Positions 37,936 to 49,727 are shown, numbered from the stretch's first letter. The stretch: 64,000 nt of DNA from a virus (IMGVR_UViG_2924263452_000001:63363-127362); one strand, 5' to 3'. Numbers and translations are program-made. Notes: generated by a model not told the origin, from the letters alone.

Positions 37936-38727
37936 TTACATATGTTTAAATGCCACTCCACGCTTTTCCATTGAATCTGCAAGTGCGGAACTTCCTCTAC
38001 CTCTTCCAACGATTGTATAATCTGGAGTAAACACTTTATTTATCTTTTCAAGCATTTCTACCGCTTTTTCCGGGGTTTCTGCCGGGATCATGTATCTATT
38101 ACCTGAATTAATAATTGCCAGTTGTTTCTGATTTCCATACGTATCTCCATATAAAAGAGCGATTTTATCTGATTTAAAATTAATTGCTTTGTTCCCAACA
38201 AGGATTATAATTCCATCCGGTGCAGATACTTTTACAGTGCTTTTATTGTATTTTCTTGCAATCAGCAGCCCTATGTACCCATCTTTTAAAATAAGGTTTT
38301 CAGAAACAACGATCTCTTTAATATCACCGTTTTCCAGATATTTTTCTGTATCTTCCATTACTTTAAGTGGTGACGGATTTGATCTCCTGAATGCTTCTGT
38401 TACAAGTATACTGTCAGTTTTAACTATAAACTCTGGCTCTTTTGGCTCAGTCATGTACTCTTTCTTCACCTTAAGAGTAGTAATTGCAGCTTCAGCAATC
38501 TCTTTTATAGCTTCCAGGCTTTCGACATTATCGAAATTCATGATTAATGGTGTTGGTGAATTTTCACCATACACACGTGTTCCGATTCCAAGCGGTTTTC
38601 CATTTGCAAATTCAATTGAAACTTTATTTGGATCATCAGGTCTAGGATTCATACCAACGTGTATATCACCTTTTCCAAAATCACAAACCATCTCCCTAAG
38701 TTCCATCTGGCATTTCTGTGTAATCAT
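37936..38727 (-). CDS. hypothetical protein with ParB-like segment
   Basis: IVVSENLILKDGY...A motif. Confidence 0.45.
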   Translation of the reverse strand: MITQKCQMELREMVCDFGKGDIHVGMNPRPDDPNKVSIEFANGKPLGIGTRVYGENSPTPLIMNFDNVESLEAIKEIAEAAITTLKVKKEYMTEPKEPEFIVKTDSILVTEAFRRSNPSPLKVMEDTEKYLENGDIKEIVVSENLILKDGYIGLLIARKYNKSTVKVSAPDGIIILVGNKAINFKSDKIALLYGDTYGNQKQLAIINSGNRYMIPAETPEKAVEMLEKINKVFTPDYTIVGRGRGSSALADSMEKRGVAFKHM

Positions 38728-38740
38728 TATTTCTTCCTCC

Positions 38741-39004
38741 TTATATTTCTATTATCTTCTTTTTGGTATGTCGCTCAATAAATTCATCAAAAGTCATTTG
38801 TTCTGCTCGCTTTCTGGCATTAATCGCATCCTGAATATTATCAAAATAGCCAAGATTATAATTTTTCCCCTTAAAAGCTATTCTCGCATACCATTGACCT
38901 TTGCAAGTGTGGAACGAAACACCTGTGCATCCAGAAGTATTGTTCTTTTGGATTTTTTTATTCTTAATCCTTCCTAAATTTGTTCCTGTTGCCATTTGTT
39001 TCAC
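38741..39004 (-). CDS. AP2-domain DNA-binding protein
   Basis: NNTSGCTGV, WYARI, LGYF, AINARKRAE. Confidence 0.8.
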   Translation of the reverse strand: MKQMATGTNLGRIKNKKIQKNNTSGCTGVSFHTCKGQWYARIAFKGKNYNLGYFDNIQDAINARKRAEQMTFDEFIERHTKKKIIEI

Positions 39005-39744
39005 CTCACATTTTATATATTATCATACTTTTTATTATATGTCAATCATTATTTTGTTTATCTTCTATTCATTTTTATATGGGATTTCAATTTCAATGAA
39101 ATTCTCTCTATGTTTATACCAGTCTTTTGTAGCTTTTGGACTTAATGCCAAATACGTAGCACTAGCGGACAATTTTGAAGCCTGTAGCATATTCCTTCTT
39201 TCGCTTTTATTATCGTTACAATACTTAAAACACCCTTCTGCATTGTACCAAGATCCGTTGCTACACTGTAAACATCCAAATAACTTTATTCCGTCATCTG
39301 TTTTTAAGATAACCCCTTTCATCACTTCTGCTCCTTCGATTTTCAAAAAGTTCTCTTTCTTTTTTCTCCGCTTCACGTGCTGCATATATCACTGCTATAT
39401 CCATAACAACCAGCAAAACAGCAATAATAATCAACAGGAGTAATATTGCCTTCATTATTTATTTTCTTCCTTTCTATCTGCTGGCTTAACACCCTTTGGT
39501 AATTCTGCGCGTAATTTGCTTTCTATAATCTCATATCCGCCAAATCTCTTGTATCTCTGTACGATATGTCCATTTTTAAGAATTTTCTTTGCCGGAATCA
39601 TAGCCATGCTTTCATTATCGTATATTTTTACTCTTGTAAAACCGGCTTTTCGCATTGTATCAAGAGACTCCTTATAGTCCTCTTCATTTTCACTTTCAAT
39701 AACAACCTCTTCAAACGACATATATTTTTGATTGATTACTTTAC

Positions 39745-39951
39745 TCATATGTTTACTATGCCTCCTTTGTAATTTTTTAATCTGTTATATTCTGACATGG
39801 CTCTCAACAATTCTTCAGGCTCATAGAAGAAGAATATTGTTCTTTCTGAGTCCTTATGACTTTTCTGATAATCTTCAAGCATAAATCCTTTTAGAAGAAG
39901 ATACCCTGCTAACCGCTTAGAATATATAGGTGTATATGCTGGTGTTCCCAT
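39745..39951 (-). CDS. small conserved phage protein (DUF5659-like)
   Basis: YSKRLAGYLLLKGF...IFFF...EL..AM..Y. Confidence 0.6.
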   Translation of the reverse strand: MGTPAYTPIYSKRLAGYLLLKGFMLEDYQKSHKDSERTIFFFYEPEELLRAMSEYNRLKNYKGGIVNI

Positions 39952-40036
39952 TTACGTTCACTCTCCATTCTATGTTGTGTCTTTGTATAAAGTATATCAC
40001 GCATTGTTATATATTACAACATTTATTTGTTTTATC

Positions 40037-40498
40037 TTATAAGTTTTTCACAATGATCCAACCTAATTCCTGGTCATACTCTTCATTAAATCCAATGCGC
40101 TTCAAAAAATGGCGGTAAACTCTGTGTCGTCTTGCATCAGCTCCACAAACCGCAACTTTATATCTCAAGACCTTATCGCTTTTATTAAATAATTTCCTAT
40201 CTTGTATAAATTCTTCTAACTTATGATACGCCCAGATTAATCCTTCTGCTCCACATTTTCCAGTGCATTTTGTACATAAATCTCCGCTACCTGTTTCCAA
40301 TAGCCAATTTCGCAACATCTTCTTTTTATCAGCAATTCCGAATGTAACAAAGTAGTAAAGCGTTTTTCCTCTCGGATATTTCGAAAACATAATAACTGCA
40401 GTTTGCCCGCTTGACAATTTAGTATATTCTATCCACCATTGATTTTCTTTATCATATTCCATTAGTTGCTCCCTTTTGCTATATTGCATTTTACACAC
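40037..40498 (-). CDS. hypothetical protein
   Basis: 153-aa ORF; D.RR.RVY..FL.R.GF motif. Confidence 0.55.
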   Translation of the reverse strand: MCKMQYSKREQLMEYDKENQWWIEYTKLSSGQTAVIMFSKYPRGKTLYYFVTFGIADKKKMLRNWLLETGSGDLCTKCTGKCGAEGLIWAYHKLEEFIQDRKLFNKSDKVLRYKVAVCGADARRHRVYRHFLKRIGFNEEYDQELGWIIVKNL

Positions 40499-40872
40499 AT
40501 TGTCTGATAATTATACAGTTCACTTGCCCCACCTTTTGAACGTGGGACAATGTGATCTTTTGTCATTAAAACTTCATTTCCTGATTCATCTAAGGCATAC
40601 AAATTCAGATGATATCTTGCAGCGTTAAAGTCCTTTTCTTTTCCGAAATATTTTCCCTCAATTCCACAACATGCACACTTTAAGCCTTTTGTAAAAAATG
40701 TCTGAAATCTCTGACTGTTCCCTTTTATTTTGTCGCCATTAATTACAACCATAGCTTTCTTATCTTCTGGCTCGAATAACACATCTTTTACAGCATTGTA
40801 TACTTCTTCAATAGTCAGATTTTCTTTTCTGCGTAACCCTTTATAATAGCCCTCCGGCTTCTTTTTCTTCAT
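40462..40872 (-). CDS. HNH endonuclease
   Basis: CACC, TKDHIVPRSKGG, NYQTMCVKCN..K. Confidence 0.88.
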   Translation of the reverse strand: MKKKKPEGYYKGLRRKENLTIEEVYNAVKDVLFEPEDKKAMVVINGDKIKGNSQRFQTFFTKGLKCACCGIEGKYFGKEKDFNAARYHLNLYALDESGNEVLMTKDHIVPRSKGGASELYNYQTMCVKCNIAKGSN

Positions 40873-40884
40873 AATATCTCCAAT

Positions 40885-43866
40885 CTATGATACTTTCTGA
40901 TCTCCCCAACGAATAACATATCCGTCATCTGTCTTTTCTTTATACATCAGATTTTGTAGCATATCACTTTCAATTCCAAAAATATCATATATTTCATCAT
41001 CAGAAACATCCTGATTCTTCATAAATCTATTCAGCTTATCTTTTACAAGAACCATTTTCAACAAATTACTCTCAATGCTATTTTCATATGTAACGAAATA
41101 TACCTGTTTAAATCTTGTAGAAGTATAACGGATAAATCGGAAATAATACTGGCTCATACTTGAATTATTCCAATGCAGCTCTGGAATAATACACTTGTCT
41201 ACAAAATCAATATTCATGCTTGCAGAAAGGCTCTGCTGTGTACTAATCAGAATACCGTTTTTCGTTTTCTTAAGATCTTGCACAATTTTCTTTCTTTGTT
41301 TCAAAGTAGTTTCGTTTCCAGTAATGACAAATACTGGTCTATCTGGAAATGCTTTTCTGATTGCTGTTTCATAAGCTCTCACAACCTCAATGTGTCTCAC
41401 GCCAATAGCAACCCTTTCTCCCTGAAAGTCTACCAAAAGAGAAAGAACTGATTTGAATTTTTCTGGCATAATCGACTGATCGTATTCTCTTAATGTTTGT
41501 GGCGCACCACAAATCTTCAAAAGTGTAAGCAACTGATTTAAAATTTTCAACATAGCGTCTTTTCGGCTATTACCCGTTTTATGAAAGAGATATTCCATCT
41601 TGTAAAATTCATCAAGCGCAATAGAATAAAGTCTTTTCTCTTCTTCTCCCATTTTACAAGCTACCTGTCTAATCTCATACAATTTCTTTCCGGTAATCTC
41701 TTCAAATGTTCTTGTAATGATAGTTTTATTAATCATTTGCTTCAGATAGTCCGCATTAAATATGTCTTGTGTAAACTGACTAACTCCAAATACAGTGATT
41801 TTATCCGGGATATGGCTTGCTGTAAAAAGTTGGTGTCCTTTTCTATATGCTGGATATGGTTTCATATAGTATTCGTTTTCTGTCCACTCCAATTCATTTT
41901 TATTTTCTTTATTTCTTTCTTGAATTTCCGGACATTCACTCAGCATATTGATAGAATTGTTATACAGCAATTCAAGCTGCGGAAAGATTTCTGCAATATT
42001 ATTTCGTGTACTTGTTCCGGTCATCAATGTTTTATATTTCAAGCGACGAAAAGCATTTAAAACAGCTTTTGTACGCTTACTATACATATTGCTTATATTG
42101 TCGGATTCGTCAAAAATTAAAATAGCTTTCTGACATATAGATTTCACAAATCGTTTTATAAATTTATGATATTTACACATCATATTTAAAGTAATAATTA
42201 CAAACTGTCCCGGCTTGATATTCTGAATATCTTCCAAGCTCTCAATCATCCAAAAATCAATGCCGTATTGTGTCAGTACATCATTCCAATTGTTCTTAAT
42301 TGCGATTGCTGTACTAACGACAAATACATTTTTCACCTGTTTCTTCTCAAGCCTATATTTCCCGATTGCAATACCCGCAAGTGTTTTTCCTGATCCCTGC
42401 TCCCACTGGATAAAACTATATCTCTTTTGTAAAAACAAGTTGAGATCTCTTTTTTGCGCATTATTCAAATGTATAGTTTCTTCATCGTCTGATAATTCAA
42501 AATCATTCAACCATTTTTCAATTTCTTTATCTGGCTGCATATCTGCAAAAGCCTTATTCTGCACACTATATTCCTGTCTTTTTTTGCTAACCAGACGTTT
42601 TACCGACTTAGTGCTAAACGGTCTTGTTAACACATCATCCGATAATACCGCCTGGTTAATATCCAAGATTTTCCCATCCAGTTCAAAAGAATAATTATTC
42701 TTAATTATCCTATTTTCTTTACTTCTGGTTGGGTTCTGCTTTCTTAAGGCAGATTTTAAGTGTTTCACGACATCTGGCTTCTTAATTTTTAGCTGCTCCC
42801 ATTCGTCCCACTTAATATGATCCGGCTTTTTCTGTGTACGATATTGGCTTACATATTCACAACATTCTGCATAATGATCTGAAACAAGCGGGTTTCTTTT
42901 TATATCATAAAGTAACTTTTCAATTTTATACTGCCATTTAGCATCTTCTTCCCCACCTCTTACAATTTCAAGGAATACTTTCTGTTTGATACTCTCTCGT
43001 TTCTCTGTAACAGGTTTTAAATACTTTTCCCAGATCTCACTGGAAGAAACACCGGATAACAGGTCTTTGTTATATCCAACGTTTTCCAGATATTCCGATT
43101 TCTTTTGAACAAAAAGAACTTTAGTCTTATAGTTCTCCACGCCCAAATGCTTAAATGTATTCTTATCAAGTTCTATCTGACAGATAAAATTGAAATGTTC
43201 ATTCAATCCGGCAATCATACCGCCATCAGAAAATTCGTCTGCACAAAATGACAATGGTACAATTATTGCCATGATTCCGGCGGGCTTCAACAGTTCCGCA
43301 GCTTTTAAGCAATAATAATATTCGCTTAAAAAGCTATTATTGTCTTTCCCCCACCTTAAATTATATGGCGGGTTTCCAACAATATAATCAAATGTGACAT
43401 CCGGCTCATAGAAACGAATATCTGTGTTTTCCAGTTTTGCATCCGGATAGAGATATTTCGCTACTCTGTAAGATTTTCCGTCCAATTCACAACCGTAAAA
43501 GTTTGATTCTACCGGGCAGCAGCTTGCAAAAGCCCCGTGACCACAAGTAAGATCTGCCACTAAATCATTATTTGAAATATGTAGGCAATTATAAATCCAC
43601 TCTACTAATTTATATGGTGTGAAAAATTGCCCCTGCTCAATTTCAGCTTTTGCTTTCTGATAGTCATAATAATTTGAGTAATTAGAGAACTGCAGTCCAT
43701 GCAGCCCTCCAACACCTGTATAAGCGTTAAAAATATCTTCTTTGGAAATTCCTGTTTCGGATTCCGGCAGATTATTGTTTACAATATATTCGATTTTTGT
43801 GTTTATGTCGCTCCGCTGATCTTGCGGGATAACCTCATTTGAATAATTATATTTCATATCTGCCAA
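40885..43866 (-). CDS. N6-adenine DNA methyltransferase - SF2 helicase fusion
   Basis: GQFFTP, DLTCGHG, GCE, NPPY; EQGSGKT, DESD, TGT helicase motifs. Confidence 0.88.
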   Translation of the reverse strand: MADMKYNYSNEVIPQDQRSDINTKIEYIVNNNLPESETGISKEDIFNAYTGVGGLHGLQFSNYSNYYDYQKAKAEIEQGQFFTPYKLVEWIYNCLHISNNDLVADLTCGHGAFASCCPVESNFYGCELDGKSYRVAKYLYPDAKLENTDIRFYEPDVTFDYIVGNPPYNLRWGKDNNSFLSEYYYCLKAAELLKPAGIMAIIVPLSFCADEFSDGGMIAGLNEHFNFICQIELDKNTFKHLGVENYKTKVLFVQKKSEYLENVGYNKDLLSGVSSSEIWEKYLKPVTEKRESIKQKVFLEIVRGGEEDAKWQYKIEKLLYDIKRNPLVSDHYAECCEYVSQYRTQKKPDHIKWDEWEQLKIKKPDVVKHLKSALRKQNPTRSKENRIIKNNYSFELDGKILDINQAVLSDDVLTRPFSTKSVKRLVSKKRQEYSVQNKAFADMQPDKEIEKWLNDFELSDDEETIHLNNAQKRDLNLFLQKRYSFIQWEQGSGKTLAGIAIGKYRLEKKQVKNVFVVSTAIAIKNNWNDVLTQYGIDFWMIESLEDIQNIKPGQFVIITLNMMCKYHKFIKRFVKSICQKAILIFDESDNISNMYSKRTKAVLNAFRRLKYKTLMTGTSTRNNIAEIFPQLELLYNNSINMLSECPEIQERNKENKNELEWTENEYYMKPYPAYRKGHQLFTASHIPDKITVFGVSQFTQDIFNADYLKQMINKTIITRTFEEITGKKLYEIRQVACKMGEEEKRLYSIALDEFYKMEYLFHKTGNSRKDAMLKILNQLLTLLKICGAPQTLREYDQSIMPEKFKSVLSLLVDFQGERVAIGVRHIEVVRAYETAIRKAFPDRPVFVITGNETTLKQRKKIVQDLKKTKNGILISTQQSLSASMNIDFVDKCIIPELHWNNSSMSQYYFRFIRYTSTRFKQVYFVTYENSIESNLLKMVLVKDKLNRFMKNQDVSDDEIYDIFGIESDMLQNLMYKEKTDDGYVIRWGDQKVS

Positions 43867-43870
43867 CCTC

Positions 43871-44728
43871 CTAAACTAATGTGTAACCGCACCATTCTCT
43901 TGCAAAATCTCGGCAAAATTCGCCACTCTGAAAAGTAATGTCAACTCTTCCGTTCTTATAGAATTTAATATGTTCAACACCGACTGACGGGGCTGAAAAT
44001 CCATTTTTAAAATCTTCTTCTTTTAATGTTATATAATAGCTATCATATAGTCTATTTAATGAAATAATACGGCATTCTTCTTTATACACGTTATATGAAA
44101 ACGCCTCCAGCATCGCATACATCCAGTTTGTACTATTAAAGTGGTAATCGCTGCCATATGACTGGCTGCAATAACCGCCAGTGTAAATGAGCTTTTTCCC
44201 ACTTATCTTAATACTCCAGTTATTGCGACAACTGTTATAGCATTCTTCTTTCAGCTTATCTTTTATTTCCTTTATTGCTTTTTCTTTAAAACTCAATCCT
44301 CCAAGCTGATCGAAGATTTTGTCAAGTACAGTGTGGTAATCAATTTCATCAATCACAAGGTCTTTTACTGGATCTGTTTTTGAATAACGATATAATTCAC
44401 GTGAATAATTGTATTCTTCAAATGTATTTTCCAGTTTTACATTATATTTTCTTTGGAAGTAAGAGAAAATACCACTAATATAAGAATTTTGAATTTCGCT
44501 GACTTCTTTTGGAACGTTGAAATCTCCCACAATGAAACTAGAAAAATCATTCTTATCTTCTTTTGTATATGTGCTATCAACTGACTTGTAAATATCATAC
44601 ACGCTTTTGTGTACAGCAAGTGTGCGTTTATACAGTTCTTCTCTATGTGATAACCACTCCTGATCCTCTTTACTGATTCTGTCTGTTTTCTTGATTTCAA
44701 AATTTTCAAATTTGCCAGTTAAACTCAT
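43871..44728 (-). CDS. hypothetical protein (DUF4942-like C-terminus)
   Basis: IKFYKNGRVDITF motif; adjacent to the MTase. Confidence 0.5.
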   Translation of the reverse strand: MSLTGKFENFEIKKTDRISKEDQEWLSHREELYKRTLAVHKSVYDIYKSVDSTYTKEDKNDFSSFIVGDFNVPKEVSEIQNSYISGIFSYFQRKYNVKLENTFEEYNYSRELYRYSKTDPVKDLVIDEIDYHTVLDKIFDQLGGLSFKEKAIKEIKDKLKEECYNSCRNNWSIKISGKKLIYTGGYCSQSYGSDYHFNSTNWMYAMLEAFSYNVYKEECRIISLNRLYDSYYITLKEEDFKNGFSAPSVGVEHIKFYKNGRVDITFQSGEFCRDFAREWCGYTLV

Positions 44729-44749
44729 TTCTTATATCTCCTTATTTAT

Positions 44750-45883
44750 TTACGCTATATTGTACGCCGGGCTTGCACCGAATACGGTGACAAACTCTTT
44801 AATTTTTTCACGTATCTTTGTATCTCCAACGCGACTAATTACCTTCTTTAACTCTTTTATTGCTTCAGCTTTTGTGTTTCCGGTAGCTAATTTTACACCA
44901 CATTCAGTAGAAGAAACTGCAAATCGTCCATCAGGCATTTCTCGGATAAAGCACTCAAAACCTCTTTTTACAATTCTTTCTCCCAGAACCTTTTTATATG
45001 TGGCTTTTTTCTCGCCGTTTTCGGTTGTACCTTCTAAAATGTAAAATTCCTGTTTGTTTGTATCTAATTCTTTATTTACTTTATCTTCTTTCGCATTTTT
45101 CACTTTATAGTCGTTCATTTCCTGGTAGTCTGCCTTGTGAAGATTATCAATAAAGGATCTAGTTTCTTTGTTACTTTTTGGAAGTTTAAGACCTGTAACA
45201 CACTCAAATGTCTTTCTGCTTGCTTTATTACCTGTATACAAGCGTTCTTTTAATTTCTTTCTACACAATGGATGACTGTCGATATTATCAATATATACCA
45301 GGAGTTTAAACGCCCCAATAGGGTTCTTAAATTCACCCAATTTATCAATAAAAATCTTTTCCATAGTGTTTGCATTAGAAGTTCCGGAATACATTTCTGC
45401 CATAGATTTTGCCCAGGTTTCAAATTCTGCAAGTTCTGCAGCCTGTTTTTCCTCTTCTTCTCTGGCTGCTTCTTCTGCCTGTCGTTCTGCAACTTCTTTT
45501 TCTTCTTTTCTCTGTTTCTCTTCTTCGATATAAGCATTTACACGTTCTTCTGAAACAAGATCATTTTTAATGAGATACATACAGAAATCATATTCTGTTT
45601 TGGTAATCTCACTGAAAACTCTTGTTCCGGCAAACTCACCGTCTTTGATTGTGGAATATACTCTATAGGATTTCTTTGTTTTCCCGTTTACAGTTTCTTC
45701 TGCAATCTTCGGTTCTTTACCATTTCTTAAATCCTGAAGCATTTTATCCCGGCGTTCCATTACAACACCATTATATCTGAACGCTTTAGACAGGCATTTT
45801 TCAATTTTTCCAGCCTGTAAAGCTGTTCTGTTATCTGTAAATCCTAAAAATGAATTGTTATTTGCCAACTGATACATACTCAT
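44750..45883 (-). CDS. hypothetical early protein
   Basis: 377-aa ORF behind a consensus promoter. Confidence 0.65.
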   Translation of the reverse strand: MSMYQLANNNSFLGFTDNRTALQAGKIEKCLSKAFRYNGVVMERRDKMLQDLRNGKEPKIAEETVNGKTKKSYRVYSTIKDGEFAGTRVFSEITKTEYDFCMYLIKNDLVSEERVNAYIEEEKQRKEEKEVAERQAEEAAREEEEKQAAELAEFETWAKSMAEMYSGTSNANTMEKIFIDKLGEFKNPIGAFKLLVYIDNIDSHPLCRKKLKERLYTGNKASRKTFECVTGLKLPKSNKETRSFIDNLHKADYQEMNDYKVKNAKEDKVNKELDTNKQEFYILEGTTENGEKKATYKKVLGERIVKRGFECFIREMPDGRFAVSSTECGVKLATGNTKAEAIKELKKVISRVGDTKIREKIKEFVTVFGASPAYNIA

Positions 45884-45914
45884 TTTTAAATCTCCCTTCG
45901 TTTTCTATACTCTT

Positions 45915-45943
45915 ATTATATATTATAAGTTGTGTCTTGTCAA
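45915..45943 (-). promoter_or_regulatory. consensus sigma70 promoter with GACACAACTT box in the spacer
   Basis: TTGACA-N17-TATAAT; box at 45927-45936. Confidence 0.85.
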
Positions 45944-46617
45944 CACCATTTCATTATTTCTTTTATCTTATTTTGTTTTTCTGGCGGCAGTCTTATATAA
46001 ACCACCACCAAATACATTATTTCAAAAATTCTTCCAGCTTTTCAATATTAAAAGCCCAAAATGTGCAACTGTTAGTATGATACTTTTCAAAAGCTTTTTT
46101 CTTGAGCATTTCATTAGTATAAACTGCCCCACATCTATTCAGTCTATCAAAAAGCTTCTTACTCATTATTGGAGAATACGTTTCCCACAGTTTTCCTGCT
46201 TCTTTTGTAATGATCTGATAACAAGCACCGTTATCCAAGATTATATCCTTTTCATTTATATCCAATATATTACGTCCAACTTTTAAATCCATTATTTTAT
46301 ATCTCCATTTTATTTTCTACTTTATTATACAACATTACATATGAAATATCAATATTTTTATTGCATTTATCTTGTATAACTTTTTAACTATTCTTATTCA
46401 ACAATAACTTCATAACCACCATCTTTTTTAACTCGGTTATTCCATTCTTCCATATATTCCAGCAAAGTGATACCTTTTAGTGGTTCTTTGCCACATGCCA
46501 GAACTTCAAATAATTCTTCCATAGATACATTCTTTAAATTATTCATGGTATACCTCCTTCTCTATTTTCTATTTTTCTGAAACTTCGATCTACAATCATA
46601 TGATCTTATTCTTCTTA

Positions 46618-48304
46618 TAAAAACAATCTTTCATCGTTTTTCTAAAATATATCGTTTAAACCAGTTAGTCATTCCATTTTCAAACTGCAATAGATACGAC
46701 CATTCATCTGATGTGTCAATTTCGATTACTTTTCCAACCATACCGAAAAGTCTTTGGCATTTATTGCCGTTTAAATGTTCATCATAGAATTGTGAATCAA
46801 CAATTACTTTTGCATAGTCTCCAATTTCCAGTTCCTTTTTTAGTTCTTCTTCATGTTCCGTTCCAAACCATTCACCAGGAAATATATCCAAATGCCTTTT
46901 CCACATTTTAATCACCTACCTTAAAAGCAATTTTTCATTCAATTAATGTATCTACATCAATATCTATTTTAAAAATAACAAACGATCCTGGCTTCATTAA
47001 TTCATCAGTTTTTTTAGCAACTTCTTTCCAATTTAATCCTTCATAATCTCTCTTTAAAATTTCGATAAAATCAGTTTCGTAAATTTTCTTATGAGTTTTT
47101 TCTATATCAACACATCCCCTACTATTCACTTCAGGTCTACGTATTTTTACAACATATGCATCATATTTTGTGTCGATTATAAGTACACTTGCCATTTCAC
47201 AGATTCTTTTATCTGGCAATCTACTTATAAGTTTTGTTTTAATATCTCCAACATCCTCTTTATACAAATGTGACTCGTAAACACAATCTACAAAACTTCC
47301 AAGTACCTTCATATTATTACCTCCAATTTTTTAAATGAAAGGATTTTTCAACTATTCATTTTCCCTCTTTTAATATCAAGCAATTCTTTTAGGATAACTT
47401 TTTTAATGTCAAATATTCCGTTCTCCCAAACATCCATCTCTCCGTATTTATTAAATCCAGATGTGCGGATTTCTCCATTATCCATGCAGCTAATACATTT
47501 CAAAATATCACAGTGTCCAGTTCTTGCTCCCCATAACCTGACAGAATCTAATACAATTTCAGAGTATGTGGTTATAATCAAATCTTCATTTGCTTTAAAA
47601 TACGTATCACATAATTTCAAAATTTTTTCAGATAGTTTATAAGGATGTAATGTGCTCTGTTCTGGAAAATACTTCACATGTTCATAATCTCCTGCAAGAT
47701 ATAAATTTCCATTTCGTTGACCTGTAACAATGATTATTTCCATTATATCACCTCTTTAAAACCGTCATTTTACAATAATAAATCCGCAATTTCCGCTACT
47801 GATAACTCATTTCTTGCTATTTTTAATGCCTGTAAATCAGTAAGATTGTATTTGTCTCTAAATGGAATTACTAAATTACATATTGTCTTTTTGCTTAATT
47901 TATTACTTCTACATAATCTTTGATAACTACTTTGCAAATTTCCGACTTCTCTCAATAAATTTTCCATAGCATTCACCTCTTATTCCATGAAACTATTCTT
48001 TCATCTACTCTTTCTTAACATCTTTGAAAAGTACGAATCTTTTATTCATAACATCAACAAAAATTCCATAGCTGTTATTATCTTCACCTGTAGATTTTCC
48101 GCATGGGTACATAACATCCCGGACTTTTCTTCCATTATTATACATAAGCTCATACCTATCGAAATAATTCAATGAGCTTCCTACGACTTCAAGATTATAT
48201 TCTTTATTGATTTCCAATGAGCGTAAACCATCTTTCTGTGTATTATATTCGTTATTGTGTTTATTAACACTTATGACTTTCACTTTCATTAACTGTTCCT
48301 CCAA
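46618..48304 (-). other. five short ORFs (46631-46915, 46935-47312, 47348-47743, 47770-47976, 48005-48304), each ending at a TRAAA-N5/6-TTTYA site
   Basis: sites at 46618, 46922, 47336, 47757, 47988. Confidence 0.55.
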
Positions 48305-48589
48305 ACTATTTTCTAATATTTTACCTCATTATATACAAATTGTCCATAAAACGAAAGAATCCTTTATTGTGGCGTATCGTTTCAACGGTACGCCATTTGT
48401 TCTTATTCTTCTGGAATTTCAACGAATTTCACAGAATTGTCAAACTGTGGTTCACTCCATAATTCTGCAGCGCATTCTTCGCAAACACAAACGTCGTGAT
48501 AGCCTATTCCTGTGATATTCTCATTTCCATTTATAGGATATAAAGTTTTATTACCGCACTCCGGACAAACAAACACTTTATCATGTATA

Positions 48590-49723
48590 TTATTCATTCA
48601 CTGATACCTCCATTTCTTTCTCATTTTCGGCTTCCAACTCTTCAGCAAAATATCTTTTAAAGTCATCTTTTAAAACTTCAATTCTGCCGTTTACCTTTTC
48701 TTTTTTGATTGATCCAGTTCCACAATTCTCTGCATATTTGCAATCCGGGCTGTACTTTCCGGCGAACTGTTCAAACCAGCTATAATATTCGCTTGGAGTA
48801 ATTCCGGAATTAATAGCTTCATCAGCCATATAAATAAACATCGGGATATTAATTACCTTCATAAACTTCTCTTTACCGTCAAATCCTTCTTCCAGATAGT
48901 CCATGATCTTCTCTAATCTCTCACATTTTGCATCTGAATAGTTATCATGTAAAGATTCTGCATAGCTTATAACACAACCTTCTGAAATAGATGTGAGTTC
49001 ATAATCACCGTCTTTTACGTCCAGCAGCATCATTGACTGTATAAATGTCTTTTCGTCTGCTGCTCTTCGATACTGTGCGCCAGTGAAATGACAAACCTCT
49101 GTAAAGAACTTTCTATTAACCATCTCTTTTACAAATTTAGCCAGCTTCATACCTAACTTAACATTTGCAATCTGCGTTTTGCTTAATCCAGATCCGTTAT
49201 TAAGTCGGTAAAACATTTCTTCAATTTCTTCGTCTGTACATTCTTCCAGATTATAAATTGTGAAATTATATGAACTGATAGCCGCCTGCAGTTCTTCTGG
49301 GAGTTCAGAATATCTTAATCCGGCAATCTGGTAGGTATCACCATCTATATCAACATCCGGAGTCTGTTCATGTAATGCAAATTCATCATTCATAAAATCA
49401 AACATCGTTCTCAATCTATGCTGACCGTCAATACAAGAATAATTAGATACAGGTCTGTTCCTGGAATCTTTTGAACCCTTATTCTCTTTAATCATATAAA
49501 ATGGTGGAATAACAAACCCAACCAACATAGAATGTGGCAGCAGACTTTTTCTCCAATCATCCCACATTCCATAACGTCTCTGAATAGGGCAATCAAAATC
49601 TAATACATGTGACTTTTCATACATTTTTTTGAGCTGCATTAAGCTATAAGGAATAGTTGACTTTTTCATAGTAAATACCTCCGTATTCTTATTATAATAT
49701 ATTTTTGTGAGTGATCCAAGCAC
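48590..49723 (-). CDS. DUF262 (ParB-like, GmrSD N-terminal) domain protein
   Basis: IQR..W, S.L..S...G..IP, IDGQHRL, MFYRLNNG. Confidence 0.85.
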   Translation of the reverse strand: MLGSLTKIYYNKNTEVFTMKKSTIPYSLMQLKKMYEKSHVLDFDCPIQRRYGMWDDWRKSLLPHSMLVGFVIPPFYMIKENKGSKDSRNRPVSNYSCIDGQHRLRTMFDFMNDEFALHEQTPDVDIDGDTYQIAGLRYSELPEELQAAISSYNFTIYNLEECTDEEIEEMFYRLNNGSGLSKTQIANVKLGMKLAKFVKEMVNRKFFTEVCHFTGAQYRRAADEKTFIQSMMLLDVKDGDYELTSISEGCVISYAESLHDNYSDAKCERLEKIMDYLEEGFDGKEKFMKVINIPMFIYMADEAINSGITPSEYYSWFEQFAGKYSPDCKYAENCGTGSIKKEKVNGRIEVLKDDFKRYFAEELEAENEKEMEVSVNE

Positions 49724-49727
49724 AAGT

